From positions 544,001 to 608,000 of the forward strand of contig CBDEFM010000001.1 in assembly GCA_965237415.1 (NCBI GenBank): a DNA stretch of 64,000 nt, given 5' to 3'. The DNA is from Alphaproteobacteria bacterium. GTDB lineage: Bacteria > Pseudomonadota > Alphaproteobacteria > UBA828. Under the pieces are notes generated by a model, which searched no databases, had not been told where the DNA came from, and saw only the letters and a program-made list of their open reading frames with translations. Positions 62,604 through 64,000 of the stretch are shown piece by piece. Each line of letters opens with the position of its first letter. The first letter of the stretch is position 1. The position numbers and the translations under genes are program-made.

Positions 62604-64000
62604 ATGGCTACGTCAACGAACAGAATGCTGATCGCCTTGGTGGCAACGGCGTTGGCCGCGTCAACATTGTCGGCTTGCGGTGGCGGTGGTGGTGGCCCGG
62701 CCACCGGCGAGCCCATGCCATCTGATGGTACTGGCAAAACGATGCCGGACGATAGCAATGGCACGATGCCCGAAGATGTAGACCTCTCCAATGTGACGCT
62801 TGGCTTCATGGCAGGGGCCGACACCCTCGAGATTGACGCGGGTGAGTCGGTTGTCCATGGCAATATCGAGTTCAACTGCGCGGCCAGCGGCGACGACTGC
62901 GAAGTCATGGTGGTGGTGGACGCGAACGGCGCGATCACCGCCACTTCGACCGGCGGCATGGTTACCGCCATGAACGCCGCCGGCTACCACCGACCGCTAG
63001 CGACCGAATGGCGCAATAACCCCACGGCCGAAGACCTACTCGACCACTGGAACGATCCGGAGGCGTTAAGGAATGTGCTTGCCTTAAGTCCGGTAAACCA
63101 AGCAGATATTGAAAGCCGAAGAATATTGATTGAGAACTTGATTGAATCTGCCGATTCTGACCCCGCAACTTCCGGAACAGTTTTGCGTAACGTCGACCCT
63201 GATGAAATCGAGATTATCGGTGAACGGGACGGGATCACCTACGGACAATGGAAGGGCGGTCCCGCTGGAACACTCAATATAAAATTCGACTGGCGCTTCG
63301 CTGAGAATATCGGCGCAGCGACACGCGCTCGGATGGAGCGCGCCGGTAAGTCCTGGTCCCACCGGATTATGGACAAGAACAGGGACCGGGAGGCGCCGAG
63401 CGGGACAATGTTCGTTCACGAAGCGGGCGCGTTCAGTTCAGTCCGTATCGAGAGAACTCTTGACGAGGACGTGAGTACGAACGGTGCACTCATCTTCGTG
63501 CTGGATCAGGGTGCCAATTCCGGAGATTACTCATCTGTCTATTGGTACAACCCTAACTACAGACCGGAAGTACTTGATCCGTGGTTGGCGTCGCTCCTGT
63601 TGTCACGACGGCACCATGAATGGACGCAGCTCATGGCTCATGAAATAGGCCATGCTCTGGGGATATTTCCGAACCTGGGCGCTTATACCGTCTACGATAA
63701 CCTCGTTAATCGAGCCGACCATACCTTCGCGGGGCCTCAGGCCGTACGGGCCAACGCGGGGGATCCCGTGCCGTTCCAGTGGAGGACGTCGGATCTTCAA
63801 CCCGTGGCGCCTGGCACCGCTGGGGCTACTGTCGACTACTCTCACCCCGGAGATTGCGACTCAATCATGTCGTATTGCGCCGCAGATACGCTGGGGAGGC
63901 CTAGCGAGCTGGACTTCGCGTTTCTTGCCGACCTGGGATACGACATTCTTGACGTAGACACCGCATCGGAGCCGGAACTGTACGGTTACGGGGCGTGGGG
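62604..64000 (+). CDS. Lipoprotein zinc metalloprotease (metzincin-like), partial at the window end and absent from the ORF track
   Basis: ATG at 62604 after GGAGGGAG; lipobox TLSA-C followed by GGGGGG; in-frame AHEIGHALG at about 63636, DYSHP, Met-turn SIMSY, ELDFAFLADLGY. Confidence 0.8.
   Translation, partial: MATSTNRMLIALVATALAASTLSACGGGGGGPATGEPMPSDGTGKTMPDDSNGTMPEDVDLSNVTLGFMAGADTLEIDAGESVVHGNIEFNCAASGDDCEVMVVVDANGAITATSTGGMVTAMNAAGYHRPLATEWRNNPTAEDLLDHWNDPEALRNVLALSPVNQADIESRRILIENLIESADSDPATSGTVLRNVDPDEIEIIGERDGITYGQWKGGPAGTLNIKFDWRFAENIGAATRARMERAGKSWSHRIMDKNRDREAPSGTMFVHEAGAFSSVRIERTLDEDVSTNGALIFVLDQGANSGDYSSVYWYNPNYRPEVLDPWLASLLLSRRHHEWTQLMAHEIGHALGIFPNLGAYTVYDNLVNRADHTFAGPQAVRANAGDPVPFQWRTSDLQPVAPGTAGATVDYSHPGDCDSIMSYCAADTLGRPSELDFAFLADLGYDILDVDTASEPELYGYGAW

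Overview
A GC-rich, heavily rearranged accessory region with no rRNA, tRNA or CRISPR array that I can see. (1) About 1-28.6 kb is a defence-island-like stretch: a RecD-like helicase fused to a PD-(D/E)xK nuclease, two ADP-ribosyltransferase-fold proteins (DUF4427/AbiGi-like and DUF2971-like), a Schlafen/AlbA_2 protein, a two-gene operon (HTH + PLD-like nuclease, then a helical partner) under a palindromic operator, a HEPN remnant, AbiEi/AbiEii, an orphan XRE antitoxin, an HNH endonuclease and an HsdR_N-nuclease/ATPase fusion. Six fragments of one tyrosine-integrase family punctuate these genes. Five of them start or stop at the catalytic HDLRHS codons, the two that stop there are followed by the same non-coding motif, and IS66-type ends lie at almost the same offset from that motif. 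This is the strongest candidate for an undescribed system. One IS66-like element is complete (24-bp IRs, 8-bp TSD) and carries a DUF4338 gene. (2) About 28.7-39.1 kb is a decayed MOBF-type mobilisable element (HU, YecA/SEC-C, RecD2, truncated SNF2, TrwB and two TrwC fragments, three RHH genes). (3) About 39.7-45 kb is a catabolic cluster (MDR dehydrogenase, Rieske oxygenase, D-cysteine desulfhydrase-like) with several LysR paralogues. (4) About 45.6-64 kb encodes secreted or surface functions: a 16-Cys protein with a MacAB-TolC exporter whose adaptor has a PAS domain, a 12-repeat PPC-like protein sharing an upstream element with the Cys-rich gene, and a lipoprotein metzincin that runs off the window end. 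All family calls come from reading motifs by eye, not from database searches.
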